Shown here one piece after another: positions 8,472-17,675 of a DNA stretch of 64,000 bases. Origin of the DNA: an uncultured virus (IMG/VR IMGVR_UViG_3300042319_001124) (Duplodnaviria > Heunggongvirae > Uroviricota > Caudoviricetes); the IMG/VR virus record IMGVR_UViG_3300042319_001124, one strand, 5' to 3'. Each line of letters opens with the position of its first letter. Positions within the stretch are counted from its first letter, which is position 1. A program made the translations under genes and the position numbers. Below the pieces are notes generated by a model, which did no database searches, had not been told where the DNA came from, and saw only the letters and a program-made list of their open reading frames with translations.

Positions 8472-8502
8472 CAAAGTTATAAGAAATAATTGACATAGTC
8501 AA
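8472..8502 (-). promoter_or_regulatory. Bacteroidota-type promoter TTG-N20-TAACTTTG, antisense to the early genes
   Basis: rc of caaagtta (8472-8479) and rc of caa (8500-8502), 20-nt spacing. Confidence 0.5.
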
Positions 8503-8542
8503 TAGTTTTTAAGGTTTTTTTTATTTCTTTTAATCCTCCTCT

Positions 8543-8570
8543 CAAAACCCTCACTAATTTATAGCACTAA
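8543..8570 (+). promoter_or_regulatory. Early promoter motif, copy 6 (variant)
   Basis: caaaaccctcactaatttatagcactaa. Confidence 0.65.
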
Positions 8571-8629
8571 TCATAGTTGTTTAGTTGCTGCAGACATTTT
8601 GTAAGTTTAATTTATCCAACTTAAAGTAT

Positions 8630-8797
8630 ATGGCATCAAAAAGAACACACTTTAAAGTAGGTACACTAGTTGCATCTACTAATAGCTTGAAAAACATACA
8701 AGCTAAAAGACTGATTATGGCAGTGAAATATAGTACAGGATTCCCACCTAATATTATAAACACCACTGTCATAGATGTCAAAAAAAGAGATTATTAA
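8630..8797 (+). CDS. Small basic hypothetical protein
   Basis: Likely ATG start at 8630 (MASKRTHFKVG...); ORF track starts at 8585. Confidence 0.5.
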   Translation: MASKRTHFKVGTLVASTNSLKNIQAKRLIMAVKYSTGFPPNIINTTVIDVKKRDY

Positions 8798-8811
8798 CCA
8801 ACACATTTAGC

Positions 8812-9072
8812 ATGAACAAGCTTATTAAGACCTTTAGAACTAAAATATCTGCATTGTTGTCTCCAGAACCTGAAGTACAACAAGAATATGTAGATAAAGT
8901 AGTATATCTTTTACGAAGAGATTTTACTACTAAAGAACAGAATGAGATAATAGTTGCGATTGAACTTAAACTGACCAAATTAAGAGAAAAAGACATGCAA
9001 CAAATGGAAAATAATTATCTTATTCTTCAAAGAGATTACAATATCTTAAAAGATAGAGTAGTTATAAGTTAA
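8812..9072 (+). CDS. Hypothetical coiled-coil protein
   Basis: 86 aa. Confidence 0.65.
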   Translation: MNKLIKTFRTKISALLSPEPEVQQEYVDKVVYLLRRDFTTKEQNEIIVAIELKLTKLREKDMQQMENNYLILQRDYNILKDRVVIS

Positions 9073-9155
9073 ATTTGAGTTGGATTGAATTTAAGCAATG
9101 AGATATAAAGAGGGTAAATCTTCTATGGAAGTACCTCTTTATTTCTTATTTAAAA

Positions 9156-9527
9156 GGGGGTGATTTGGCTTTGACAGGTTATCAGTAATTAATACAATCA
9201 GCCAGAGAGATAACTGTAAACTAAGGTGAACCAATTAAATGGAAACACAAAAGAGAATACCCAAGTACAAGCTAATATGAGTAAAGTTTACTCACTTATT
9301 TCTTCTGTAGAAGAAGTGGCTGTGGCAGCTTAAGCCAAAGATTAAGCAGGTTAATACTCAGTTTGCCAGGATAGAAAACTGGATGGTGGAATCTACTGGT
9401 TACAGTTGACCCTTTTCCCAAGTTTAGTAGATTATTAGGAAGTAAATAATATTAAAATCTGCAAAAAGCTGTATAAATTGTATTAATGAATGTAATTTGG
9501 ACACGGGTTCGAATCCCGTCACCTCCA
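9156..9527 (+). ncRNA. ssrA: Transfer-messenger RNA (tmRNA)
   Basis: 5' GGGGGTG pairs with CACCTCC (9520-9526), giving a G3.U Ala identity pair and discriminator A9527. T-arm ACGGG-TTCGAAT-CCCGT. Tag frame 9241-9333 reads GNTKENTQVQANMSKVYSLISSVEEVAVAA*. Confidence 0.93.
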
Positions 9528-9792
9528 CTATAAACAAGAACTTAATCAGGTTGGTAATCCTATTGTATTCGAAATTATGATTTTATCATAATAGTAATCT
9601 AGTAAGCCCAGAAGTATTCTGTTCAGGTTTAGGCTAAGATAAAGAAACATGTCATCGCCCTCGGCTAACCACATGCAACCACCTTCTTAGCTTTTCTATA
9701 ACAAAAAGGCAAACACTAAAAATCAAAACAAATCTCTATGTATGGAACAGGTTATTGCCTTCCTATGAAGTATGTAGAACAAAAACAAAAGT

Positions 9793-10425
9793 ATGAATAC
9801 ACAAAGTTCAAACACAGACCAAAGAGTAAGAAAAGAAGTTTCTAAATCAGCTTTAGCTATTTCTAGAGTGTATGCTGCTAATTACCAAAAAGAAGGTACT
9901 TTGACAGCAGAAATTAAACAGACTGTGACTACAAAGTCATATTATCCATCAAAGTCTGTAAGTAACAACATGCAGGATAATCCATTCAGTACATCTGATT
10001 TTGGTTTTTCTGAAAATGAGTATACTTCTCAAGAAACTAGAGTTGTATGGGTTGATGTACCTATGGGTTCTACAGTAGAAAGCGTTGGAGCTAAATTAAG
10101 CTCTTTAGCTAATGCTACAATCTACAAAGTGTTAGCTAATAAGCCAATCTTGTCTGATAATCAACTTTATGCTATTAGTGCAGGGTTGACTACAAAAGAT
10201 GCTATTGCTGACAAACAAGTAGTTAGATATCCTTCAGGTCATCCTCAAGAGAACCAACTGATTCTTGACCCTAATGGTAAAGTTCAGTACAAAGCAACAT
10301 TCTTTAAATCTTCTATGAAAGAAGATGAAGATTTGCGAACAGAAGTTGTATCTGATTTCTATTCTACACCTGCTATGAATAGCGAGTTAGCGGGAATTAT
10401 TTCTGTACAACAAGAGACTTTATAG
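9793..10425 (+). CDS. Hypothetical protein (C-terminus QQETL)
   Basis: 210 aa, followed by a terminator. Confidence 0.8.
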   Translation: MNTQSSNTDQRVRKEVSKSALAISRVYAANYQKEGTLTAEIKQTVTTKSYYPSKSVSNNMQDNPFSTSDFGFSENEYTSQETRVVWVDVPMGSTVESVGAKLSSLANATIYKVLANKPILSDNQLYAISAGLTTKDAIADKQVVRYPSGHPQENQLILDPNGKVQYKATFFKSSMKEDEDLRTEVVSDFYSTPAMNSELAGIISVQQETL

Positions 10426-10434
10426 TCTAAATAA

Positions 10435-10476
10435 AAAGAAAGTGAGTGATTTATTCCTCACTTTCTTTCTTTTTTA
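10435..10476 (+). terminator. Intrinsic terminator
   Basis: aaagaaagtgag...ctcactttcttt followed by a T run. Confidence 0.7.
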
Positions 10477-10500
10477 TTTTTAACAGTTATTAAATTTATT

Positions 10501-11778
10501 ATGGCAAGTTTAACGCAACACCAACAAGAGAAATTTGATGAAATAGTTCAATTTCTAAATCAAGACAAAAAGCATATTCTACTTAAAGGTAGTGCAGGAG
10601 TAGGAAAAACTTTTTTAGTAAGTGAACTCATTAAATACTTAGAGATAAGAAAAAATGACAGAAAGTTTGAAAAGGTGTTGTGTTCTGCACCCACTCATAA
10701 AGCTTTATCAGTACTTATTAATAAGGTAGATTCTGATATTACTTTTAATACCTTACACTCTGCCTTACACTATAGAGCAGTAACTAATAGAATCACAGGC
10801 GAAAGAGAATTTATGTCTATGCCTAGTGAGAATTTTCCTCCATTAAAAAGAGTAAAATTTTGGGTAATTGATGAAGCTTCTATGGTAGACACTGTAATGT
10901 TAGAAAACATTATGGAACATGCTGAATTACAGGATACTACTGTAATTTATGTAGGAGATGAAAAGCAAATCAATCCTGTAGGAGAAGATAGCAGTCCTGT
11001 ATTTCACAAAGGTTTTCCTGAAGTAGAGCTTACACAGATTATCAGACAAGGAGAAGGTAATCCAATCATTGCTTTAAGTAGAAGCTTAAACCTAATAGAT
11101 TTTAAACAGAGTAATTTAATATCTAATCCTGAAGGAGAAGATATAGGTTATTTATTTACTGATAATCTAGCTAGAGTTATTGAAGAACTATCTAAAGTAA
11201 ATGGCACTGATGAGTTTAAATATCTTGCTTGGACTAATAAAGAAGTAGATAAGATTAATTCTCTAGTAAGACAAAGAATTTATGGAGAACATCCTGCTAA
11301 AGTAGAATTAGGAGAAAGCATTATTATAAACAAATCTTACAAAGATTATAGTACTAATGAAGAAGTAATAGTTACAGAGCTTCAAAGAACTCGTATTACT
11401 AAAAGTCTTTTATTAAAATCTACTTTTAAAGAAAAAGTTATAGAAGAAGTTACTTTTTCTGTGTACATAGTAAATAAAGATATTTACATTCTTGAAGATA
11501 GTTCTGTAAGCTTATTTAAAAAGTATGCAGCTATTATGAATAAAAGTTGTAAAGAAAAAACTTTAGATTTTGAAACTAGAAATAAGTTTTTAGATACTTT
11601 TGTAGACTTCAAATATAATCATGCATTAACTGTACATAAAAGTCAAGGTTCTACCTATAAAACTGCAGTAGTTAATGTAAGAGACATTAGATACAACTCT
11701 AATTCAGAAGAGAAACAAAGGTTATTCTACACAGGAGTAACAAGAGCAAGTGATTTATTAATTTTATATAATGTTTAA
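10501..11778 (+). CDS. SF1B (Dda/RecD-like) DNA helicase
   Basis: Walker A GSAGVGKT, APTHKA, IDEASM, VGDEKQ, LTQIIRQ, ALTVHKSQGST, YTGVTRA. Confidence 0.92.
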   Translation: MASLTQHQQEKFDEIVQFLNQDKKHILLKGSAGVGKTFLVSELIKYLEIRKNDRKFEKVLCSAPTHKALSVLINKVDSDITFNTLHSALHYRAVTNRITGEREFMSMPSENFPPLKRVKFWVIDEASMVDTVMLENIMEHAELQDTTVIYVGDEKQINPVGEDSSPVFHKGFPEVELTQIIRQGEGNPIIALSRSLNLIDFKQSNLISNPEGEDIGYLFTDNLARVIEELSKVNGTDEFKYLAWTNKEVDKINSLVRQRIYGEHPAKVELGESIIINKSYKDYSTNEEVIVTELQRTRITKSLLLKSTFKEKVIEEVTFSVYIVNKDIYILEDSSVSLFKKYAAIMNKSCKEKTLDFETRNKFLDTFVDFKYNHALTVHKSQGSTYKTAVVNVRDIRYNSNSEEKQRLFYTGVTRASDLLILYNV

Positions 11779-11781
11779 ACT

Positions 11782-12078
11782 ATGAGTAATCGAAAAAAGA
11801 TCACGTATTTAACAGGTTATTTCCAAGGAATGAGTAAACCTGAATTAATTTCAGTAGAAGGTAAACCTACAAAAAAGAGAAGTTTAGTAACTATTTTTAC
11901 AGAAGATGAACAAAGAGCTTACTTCGAAGTAAGAGATTCTGTTATTGCAAGAATAGAGAAATTAGGCATTCTTAAAGGAGATGAAGTACAAGTTGGATTT
12001 GTATTCATTGGCTCTGAAAAGGGTGGTAGAACTTATAATAATCTTTTCATTAATGAAATAGATTATGTCAGAGAGTGA
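11782..12078 (+). CDS. DUF3127-like OB-fold (SSB-like) protein
   Basis: KGDEVQVGFVFIGSEKGGRTYNNL resembles the C-terminal strands of DUF3127. Confidence 0.55.
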   Translation: MSNRKKITYLTGYFQGMSKPELISVEGKPTKKRSLVTIFTEDEQRAYFEVRDSVIARIEKLGILKGDEVQVGFVFIGSEKGGRTYNNLFINEIDYVRE

Positions 12079-12466
12079 AGACCTTAAAAAGAAAATTGAT
12101 GATACTAATCTTCAATTTATAGTTCTTCTTCAAATCATCATAGAAAAAATAGAATTCTTAGAAACTCAGAAATACTTTTTTGGGTCTATAAAATCTTTTC
12201 TCAAAAATGGAAAGGTTAAGTTTGAGAGATTTATTGAAGTAGTATTTAGATTAGAAGAGAAAGTTAATGATAACTCTGCTATGGATGCAGCAAACAAGTT
12301 ACTTGTTATGCAAGAAAGAGTTGAATTAGCTCTTGTTAATCAGTATATGCTTACTGTTGATGAAAGAAGAGATAGAGCTAGAGAAATCCTAGGTAAATAC
12401 TTAGTTAAACCTATGGTAGAAAAAGCCATTGAAGAAATGGAAGAAAGAAATTTGTTTAATTTTTAA
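12065..12466 (+). CDS. Hypothetical helical protein
   Basis: 133 aa in operon. Confidence 0.65.
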   Translation: MSESEDLKKKIDDTNLQFIVLLQIIIEKIEFLETQKYFFGSIKSFLKNGKVKFERFIEVVFRLEEKVNDNSAMDAANKLLVMQERVELALVNQYMLTVDERRDRAREILGKYLVKPMVEKAIEEMEERNLFNF

Positions 12467-12477
12467 AAATTATTATC

Positions 12478-12708
12478 ATGAAGAGATTTGAAACTGCCTC
12501 AGAATTATACAGCAACTTGTTAGCTCAAAGAACCACAAATGGTTTCTTTAATTGGTGTTGTGATTGTATCCTGTTTTATGCAAATAAATTAGGATGTACT
12601 TATGAAGAATTGAATATTATTTTATTTGTAATTCTTGAACCTTGTATTATTCTATTCTTATTATCCTTGTTAATCTTTAAAAGAAAAGATGAGATATACA
12701 ATATTTGA
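12478..12708 (+). CDS. Small membrane protein
   Basis: C-terminal hydrophobic stretch NIILFVILEPCIILFLLSLLIF. Confidence 0.6.
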   Translation: MKRFETASELYSNLLAQRTTNGFFNWCCDCILFYANKLGCTYEELNIILFVILEPCIILFLLSLLIFKRKDEIYNI

Positions 12709-14575
12709 TATTGAAACAGATGGTTTGTTAGAATCTCTGACTAGATTACATTGTCTTGTGGCACATACCTATGAAGATAACCAAATGATAGAAGAAACTA
12801 TCATTACAAATCCTTTGGAATTGGCTAACTTCTTAAGTAACCAAAGTATGCTAGTAGGTCATAATATCAAAAGGTATGACTTTCCTGCTATTGAAAAGCT
12901 TACAGGTTACAAGCATACAGGCTCTGTAATAGATACTTTAGCTTTGTCTTGGTATTTGTATCCTGAAAGAAAAGAGCATGGTCTCGAATCTTGGGGAGAT
13001 GAAATAGGTGTAGCTAAACCAATCATTAAAGATTGGGAGAATCTAAGCACTAATGACTATATTCATAGATGTAAGACAGATGTCATTATAAATAGTATTC
13101 TTTTTGGAAACTTTATCTCTTATCTTAAAGAGATATATGAAGACAAAGATTACCATAGAATAATGGCATATCTTACTTGGAAACTAGACTGTGCAGCAGA
13201 GCAAGAAGCAAATCCTCTAACTATTGATAGAGAATATTGTAAGAAAACTCTTTCAACTTTAAATAACCTTGTTGAAGAGAGAAAGAATAGTCTCGCACAG
13301 GCTATGCCAAGAATAAATAAGTATACTGTTAAAACACAGCCAAGCAAAATGTACACAGTTAAAGGAGAACTAACTAAAGCAGGACAAGCTTGGTTAGAAT
13401 TACTTGCTGAGAATGATTTAGAAGCTGATTTTAAAGGAGAAATTACTATTGTAAAATCTAGTGAACAACCTAACCCATCTTCTATTTCTCAACTTAAAGC
13501 TTGGTTATTTAGTCTAGGTTGGACACCAACTGTATTTAATCATACTCCTAATAAAGCAGGAGATATTAGAGCTATACCTCAGATACAAGATAAAGATAAA
13601 AAGCTTTGTCCTAATATTTTGGTACTAGCTGAAAGATATCCTGTATTGGAGAATCTTAAAGGTCTATTTATGCTTCAGCATAGAATAGGTGTATTAGAAG
13701 GATTCTTAGAATGCTCTAATGCAGAAGGTAAAATGCAAGCTCAGATAGCTGGTTTTACTAATACTCTCAGATTTAAACATAAAAAGCCTGTAACTAACCT
13801 TCCAAGTGTAGATAAACCTTATGGTAAGGAAATCAGAGGAGCTATTATAGCACCTGATGATAACCATCTCTTTTGTGGTAGTGATATGAGTTCATTGGAA
13901 GACACTACTAAGCAACACTACATGTATTTTTACGATCCTGAATATGTAAAAGCAATGAGAGTACCTGGGTTTGACCCACATCTTGACATTGCTGTACTAT
14001 CAGGTATGCTTACTACTGAACAAGTAGAACAGCATAAACTTTTTGAAACCACACATGGAGAGCAAGGTACATCTTACAAGAAGGTTAGAACAAAGGCCAA
14101 AGTAGTTAATTTCTCAGGAATTTATGGAGCAGGACCACCAAAGATAGCATTGACTACTGGTATGTCTTTAGAAGAAGCAAGCTTGCTACATAAAATCTAT
14201 TGGGAAAGAAATAAATCTGTAAAACAAGTCACTAATGATACTGTCTATAAAGAAGTCAGAGGTCAAATGTGGTTGTATAATCCTGTAAGTGGATTCTGGT
14301 ATTCATTAAGACAACCAAAAGATAGATTCAGTACTCTAAATCAAGGTACAGGAGTCTATTGTTTTGATACCCACATCAGAAGTGTAAGAGAACAAGGAAT
14401 TGTTATTAACTTACAATATCATGATGAGATAGGGTTTAGTCTAGAGAAAGGTACAGAACAAATTGTCAAAGAGAAACTAAATTTAGCTATTCAAAAGACT
14501 AATTTTTATTTAAAATTAAATGTTCCATTAGGCATTAGTATAGATTTTGGCAAAAACTATGCAGAATGTCATTAA
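12689..14575 (+). CDS. polA: DNA polymerase family A with 3'-5' exonuclease (T7-like)
   Basis: Exonuclease motifs FDIETDG and GHNIKRYD; motif A GSDMSSLE; motif B RTKAKVVNFSGIYGAG; motif C QYHDE. Confidence 0.93.
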   Translation: MRYTIFDIETDGLLESLTRLHCLVAHTYEDNQMIEETIITNPLELANFLSNQSMLVGHNIKRYDFPAIEKLTGYKHTGSVIDTLALSWYLYPERKEHGLESWGDEIGVAKPIIKDWENLSTNDYIHRCKTDVIINSILFGNFISYLKEIYEDKDYHRIMAYLTWKLDCAAEQEANPLTIDREYCKKTLSTLNNLVEERKNSLAQAMPRINKYTVKTQPSKMYTVKGELTKAGQAWLELLAENDLEADFKGEITIVKSSEQPNPSSISQLKAWLFSLGWTPTVFNHTPNKAGDIRAIPQIQDKDKKLCPNILVLAERYPVLENLKGLFMLQHRIGVLEGFLECSNAEGKMQAQIAGFTNTLRFKHKKPVTNLPSVDKPYGKEIRGAIIAPDDNHLFCGSDMSSLEDTTKQHYMYFYDPEYVKAMRVPGFDPHLDIAVLSGMLTTEQVEQHKLFETTHGEQGTSYKKVRTKAKVVNFSGIYGAGPPKIALTTGMSLEEASLLHKIYWERNKSVKQVTNDTVYKEVRGQMWLYNPVSGFWYSLRQPKDRFSTLNQGTGVYCFDTHIRSVREQGIVINLQYHDEIGFSLEKGTEQIVKEKLNLAIQKTNFYLKLNVPLGISIDFGKNYAECH

Positions 14576-14587
14576 TATGATAAGAAA

Positions 14588-14695
14588 ATGGCAAAAACTA
14601 AACAAAAGGAAACTACTAAATGTCAATATTGTGGATTAAAAAATGGAAACCACAAGCTAAGTTGTCCAGTAATTAAAGTAACAGTGTTATTATGA
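14588..14695 (+). CDS. 35-aa Zn-binding micro-protein
   Basis: MAKTKQKETTKCQYCGLKNGNHKLSCPVIKVTVLL; ATGA-coupled to 14692. Confidence 0.55.
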   Translation: MAKTKQKETTKCQYCGLKNGNHKLSCPVIKVTVLL

Positions 14696-15216
14696 AAGAA
14701 GAACTTAAAACATCTGAAGAATGGCAGAAACAATTTCCAAATACTAAAGTACTAGACCCAGATGGCTGGGATAGAAAAAATTACCAGTATTCTTGGTTTG
14801 AAGAGAAAATAACGTTAGCAGAATATACTACAAGATTATCTAGAAGTACTGTTTATGGCATAATTCTAAAAGAAGAACCTAAACAAGAATCATTTGTTGA
14901 AAAAATGATTCCTTTACAATTAAAATATAATTTAGCTATGTTAGATGTGATGAAACAAGAAACGCTTGAAGAAGTTAAAGATTTATCATACTACAAAACT
15001 AATGCTGAAGAAGATTATTTAAGAGTACCTATTAGTGTATTAAGATATATTTCTGAATTAGAACAAACTAAAGAAATAGGACAGAAAGAAGAAGAATTTG
15101 CTATTGAATTTGCAGCGTGGGTAGCGAACAGGATTAGATATGACAATGCTAAATTATATTTTAGACACTCGGCAAAAGAACTATTAGAAATCTATAAGCA
15201 AGAAAAAGAATTATGA
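14692..15216 (+). CDS. Hypothetical protein
   Basis: 174 aa; DPDGWDR and KQETLEE segments. Confidence 0.7.
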   Translation: MKEELKTSEEWQKQFPNTKVLDPDGWDRKNYQYSWFEEKITLAEYTTRLSRSTVYGIILKEEPKQESFVEKMIPLQLKYNLAMLDVMKQETLEEVKDLSYYKTNAEEDYLRVPISVLRYISELEQTKEIGQKEEEFAIEFAAWVANRIRYDNAKLYFRHSAKELLEIYKQEKEL

Positions 15217-15419
15217 AAACTTGGATAACAACTAAAATTCACAATCATTGTGATCAAATCTTAGAGATACAACCAAATCCAGAATTTAATGGAATTGAAA
15301 TTTATTTTTCAGAAGGAGACCTTACAAATACAACAAATGCTTACTATATAGATAAAGATGAGCTACCTGTAGTTCTCAAAAAACTTCAAGAAATGATGGA
15401 TTATGTCTCAAACAAGTAA
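15213..15419 (+). CDS. Hypothetical protein
   Basis: ATGA overlap. Confidence 0.6.
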   Translation: MKTWITTKIHNHCDQILEIQPNPEFNGIEIYFSEGDLTNTTNAYYIDKDELPVVLKKLQEMMDYVSNK

Positions 15420-15669
15420 AACACCTATACATTACACAGAAATCTTTCAGTTTTACTTACACACTCCTCTTGCAATATTTGATAATGCTCCAGAAGAACA
15501 AGTATTACAAGATTGCTATGAAATGGAAGCTATTCCTTTAGTTATTCTTAAAAGTAACACTAATAGTTTGTTTAGAAAATTAGAACAGGACTTTGAAAAG
15601 AAAGGAGTCACACAAAAATTAACTTCAATTGTCCTATGTATAGGATATGAAAAACCGTATTTAGCATGA
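15403..15669 (+). CDS. Hypothetical protein
   Basis: 88 aa in operon. Confidence 0.6.
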   Translation: MSQTSKTPIHYTEIFQFYLHTPLAIFDNAPEEQVLQDCYEMEAIPLVILKSNTNSLFRKLEQDFEKKGVTQKLTSIVLCIGYEKPYLA

Positions 15670-16934
15670 GAAAGTATTTTAGAGAGTTAGAGGTACTCTT
15701 CCAAAACCCAAAATCAATTCTGACCTATATTGACAAAATAGAAGCTTTAAGAGAGAATATTACTGAACCTCTTGCTGTTACTGAATTTGTAAATAAAGTT
15801 AGAGAAAAGGTCCAGAATGAAGCTATACAAGCTGTCATTGATAATAATGGAGGAATGGTAGCTATGGCTACAGGTTCAGGTAAGTCAAGAGTAGCAGTAG
15901 AATTAGCTAAATATTACTGTGAACCTTTCTTTTCTGATACTGCTTTATTAGTACCCACTGAAAAGCTTAGAGATGAAAATTGGGCAGAAGAGTTTAAGAA
16001 ATGGAATGCAAATAGCTTGTGGGAAGAGACTACAAGATTGTGCTATGCTTCTGCTTCTAAAATATCTGAAAAAGATTTTGAGTTAGCTATTCTTGATGAA
16101 GGTCATAACATTACAGAGTTGTCTTCTGAGTTCTTCTTAAACAATAAAGTAAAGAGAACTGTGTTACTTACTGCAACTCCTCCTGAAAACTTAACTAAAG
16201 TAGAAATACTTATTCAGTTAGGTATTAAACTTGTTTATGAATTAACTTTAGATCAAGCAGTTAGATTAGGTTTTGTAGCTCCATATAAGATTACTGTTGT
16301 TACTATTCCTTTAGATAATGTAACAAAAAACATTAAGGGAGGCAACAAAACTAATCCTTTTATGACTACAGAGTTTAGTACTTATTCTTATTGGACTAAG
16401 AGGATACAATCTTGTATGTCAGACTCTTCACCTCAAGGCAAAGCCAAAATGAAATTTGCAATATTAGGTAGAATGCAGTTTATCTATAAGTTACCTTCTA
16501 AAACTGCAGTTATTAAATACTTGCTAAATAAGGTTATTCCTGAAGATGATAGAACTATCATTTTTTGTGGTAACATAGAACAAGCTGAACAAGTTTGTCC
16601 TACATTTTATCATTCTAAGTCAGGTAATGTAGCTTATGATGCTTTTAAAGCAGAAGAAATCAACAGGTTATCTTGTGTAAAAGCTGTAAATGAAGGACAT
16701 AACTTTCCTGGAGTTGATTCAGGTATTATTGGTCAGCTTAATTCTAAGGAGAAAGATTTGGTTCAAAGAATTGGTAGGTTAATTAGGTTTAGACCAGGGC
16801 ATGAAGCTCATCTTTATATCTTAGTTTCTGAAGGAACACAAGATGAAAAATGGCTTGAAAATGCTATTGAAAATCTAGACCAATCAAAAATTGAGTATAT
16901 CAGATTCACTAACCTTAAAAGCAGATTTGAATGA
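15666..16934 (+). CDS. Superfamily 2 (DExH) helicase
   Basis: MATGSGKS, LDEGH, LTAT, NEG, QRIGRLIR. Confidence 0.9.
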   Translation: MRKYFRELEVLFQNPKSILTYIDKIEALRENITEPLAVTEFVNKVREKVQNEAIQAVIDNNGGMVAMATGSGKSRVAVELAKYYCEPFFSDTALLVPTEKLRDENWAEEFKKWNANSLWEETTRLCYASASKISEKDFELAILDEGHNITELSSEFFLNNKVKRTVLLTATPPENLTKVEILIQLGIKLVYELTLDQAVRLGFVAPYKITVVTIPLDNVTKNIKGGNKTNPFMTTEFSTYSYWTKRIQSCMSDSSPQGKAKMKFAILGRMQFIYKLPSKTAVIKYLLNKVIPEDDRTIIFCGNIEQAEQVCPTFYHSKSGNVAYDAFKAEEINRLSCVKAVNEGHNFPGVDSGIIGQLNSKEKDLVQRIGRLIRFRPGHEAHLYILVSEGTQDEKWLENAIENLDQSKIEYIRFTNLKSRFE

Positions 16935-17155
16935 GTGTAGTAGCTATCTACAAGTATCTTGGCTTAGGTAAATTTAAACAAGTAGCCAAAGAAGATGTTA
17001 AAGAGATAACCAATCCAAGTGCTGTGTGTACTGTGGATAGAGTTATGGTCTTACAGAGTTTTAATCAGAGTTTCAAACTAGAAGAAGTAAAAGAAATTAC
17101 TGAATTTGTTAAATCTTTAAAAAAGAAAAAGAATGGAAATAAATCCACAAATTAA
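16931..17155 (+). CDS. Hypothetical protein
   Basis: ATGA overlap. Confidence 0.6.
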   Translation: MSVVAIYKYLGLGKFKQVAKEDVKEITNPSAVCTVDRVMVLQSFNQSFKLEEVKEITEFVKSLKKKKNGNKSTN

Positions 17156-17675
17156 GTCAGTACTTGCACAATATGCAATACCTGTAGATGATGGTCTTGC
17201 TTATCTTTTGTCTATTTTCTTTAATTGTAGACCATCTTATACTCCCCCTTTATTAGTACAAAGAATGAATGTAACAAACATTCTTGGTATTGATGATAAC
17301 AGAGAAGTTATTTGGCATGTTCCTCTATTTATAGGAGAAAACCAAAGTAAATGGGATTGGGTTATGGAATGGAATGAAGAGTTTAAAAGAGTAAATCCAA
17401 AGAGAAAAGGGTCTAATAAAGACTGTATTACAAGAATGAAGGCATTCTTTGCTGATAATCCTGATGTGAGAAAAGAGGAAGTTATCGGAGCAACAAAGAT
17501 GTATTTTAGAAGCTTGTCTAGTGCAGAGTATATTATTAGTTCTCATTACTTTATTAGTAAAGGAGTGGGAAGAGACAGAACTTCAGCATTATTGGGCTGG
17601 GTAGAAAAGTATAAGGAAGCAATTTCTGATACCTCTAGCAATAATACTGCTGACATAACTTCAATGATGCAATAA
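17133..17675 (+). CDS. Hypothetical protein coupled to DnaB (possible loader or initiator)
   Basis: TAATG overlap with the helicase; function inferred from position only. Confidence 0.6.
   Translation: MEINPQIKSVLAQYAIPVDDGLAYLLSIFFNCRPSYTPPLLVQRMNVTNILGIDDNREVIWHVPLFIGENQSKWDWVMEWNEEFKRVNPKRKGSNKDCITRMKAFFADNPDVRKEEVIGATKMYFRSLSSAEYIISSHYFISKGVGRDRTSALLGWVEKYKEAISDTSSNNTADITSMMQ

Noticed and set aside
9495..9530. Stand-alone tRNA (GGTTCGAATCC)
   Set aside because: No anticodon or D arm nearby; it pairs with 9156-9162 as the 3' end of the tmRNA
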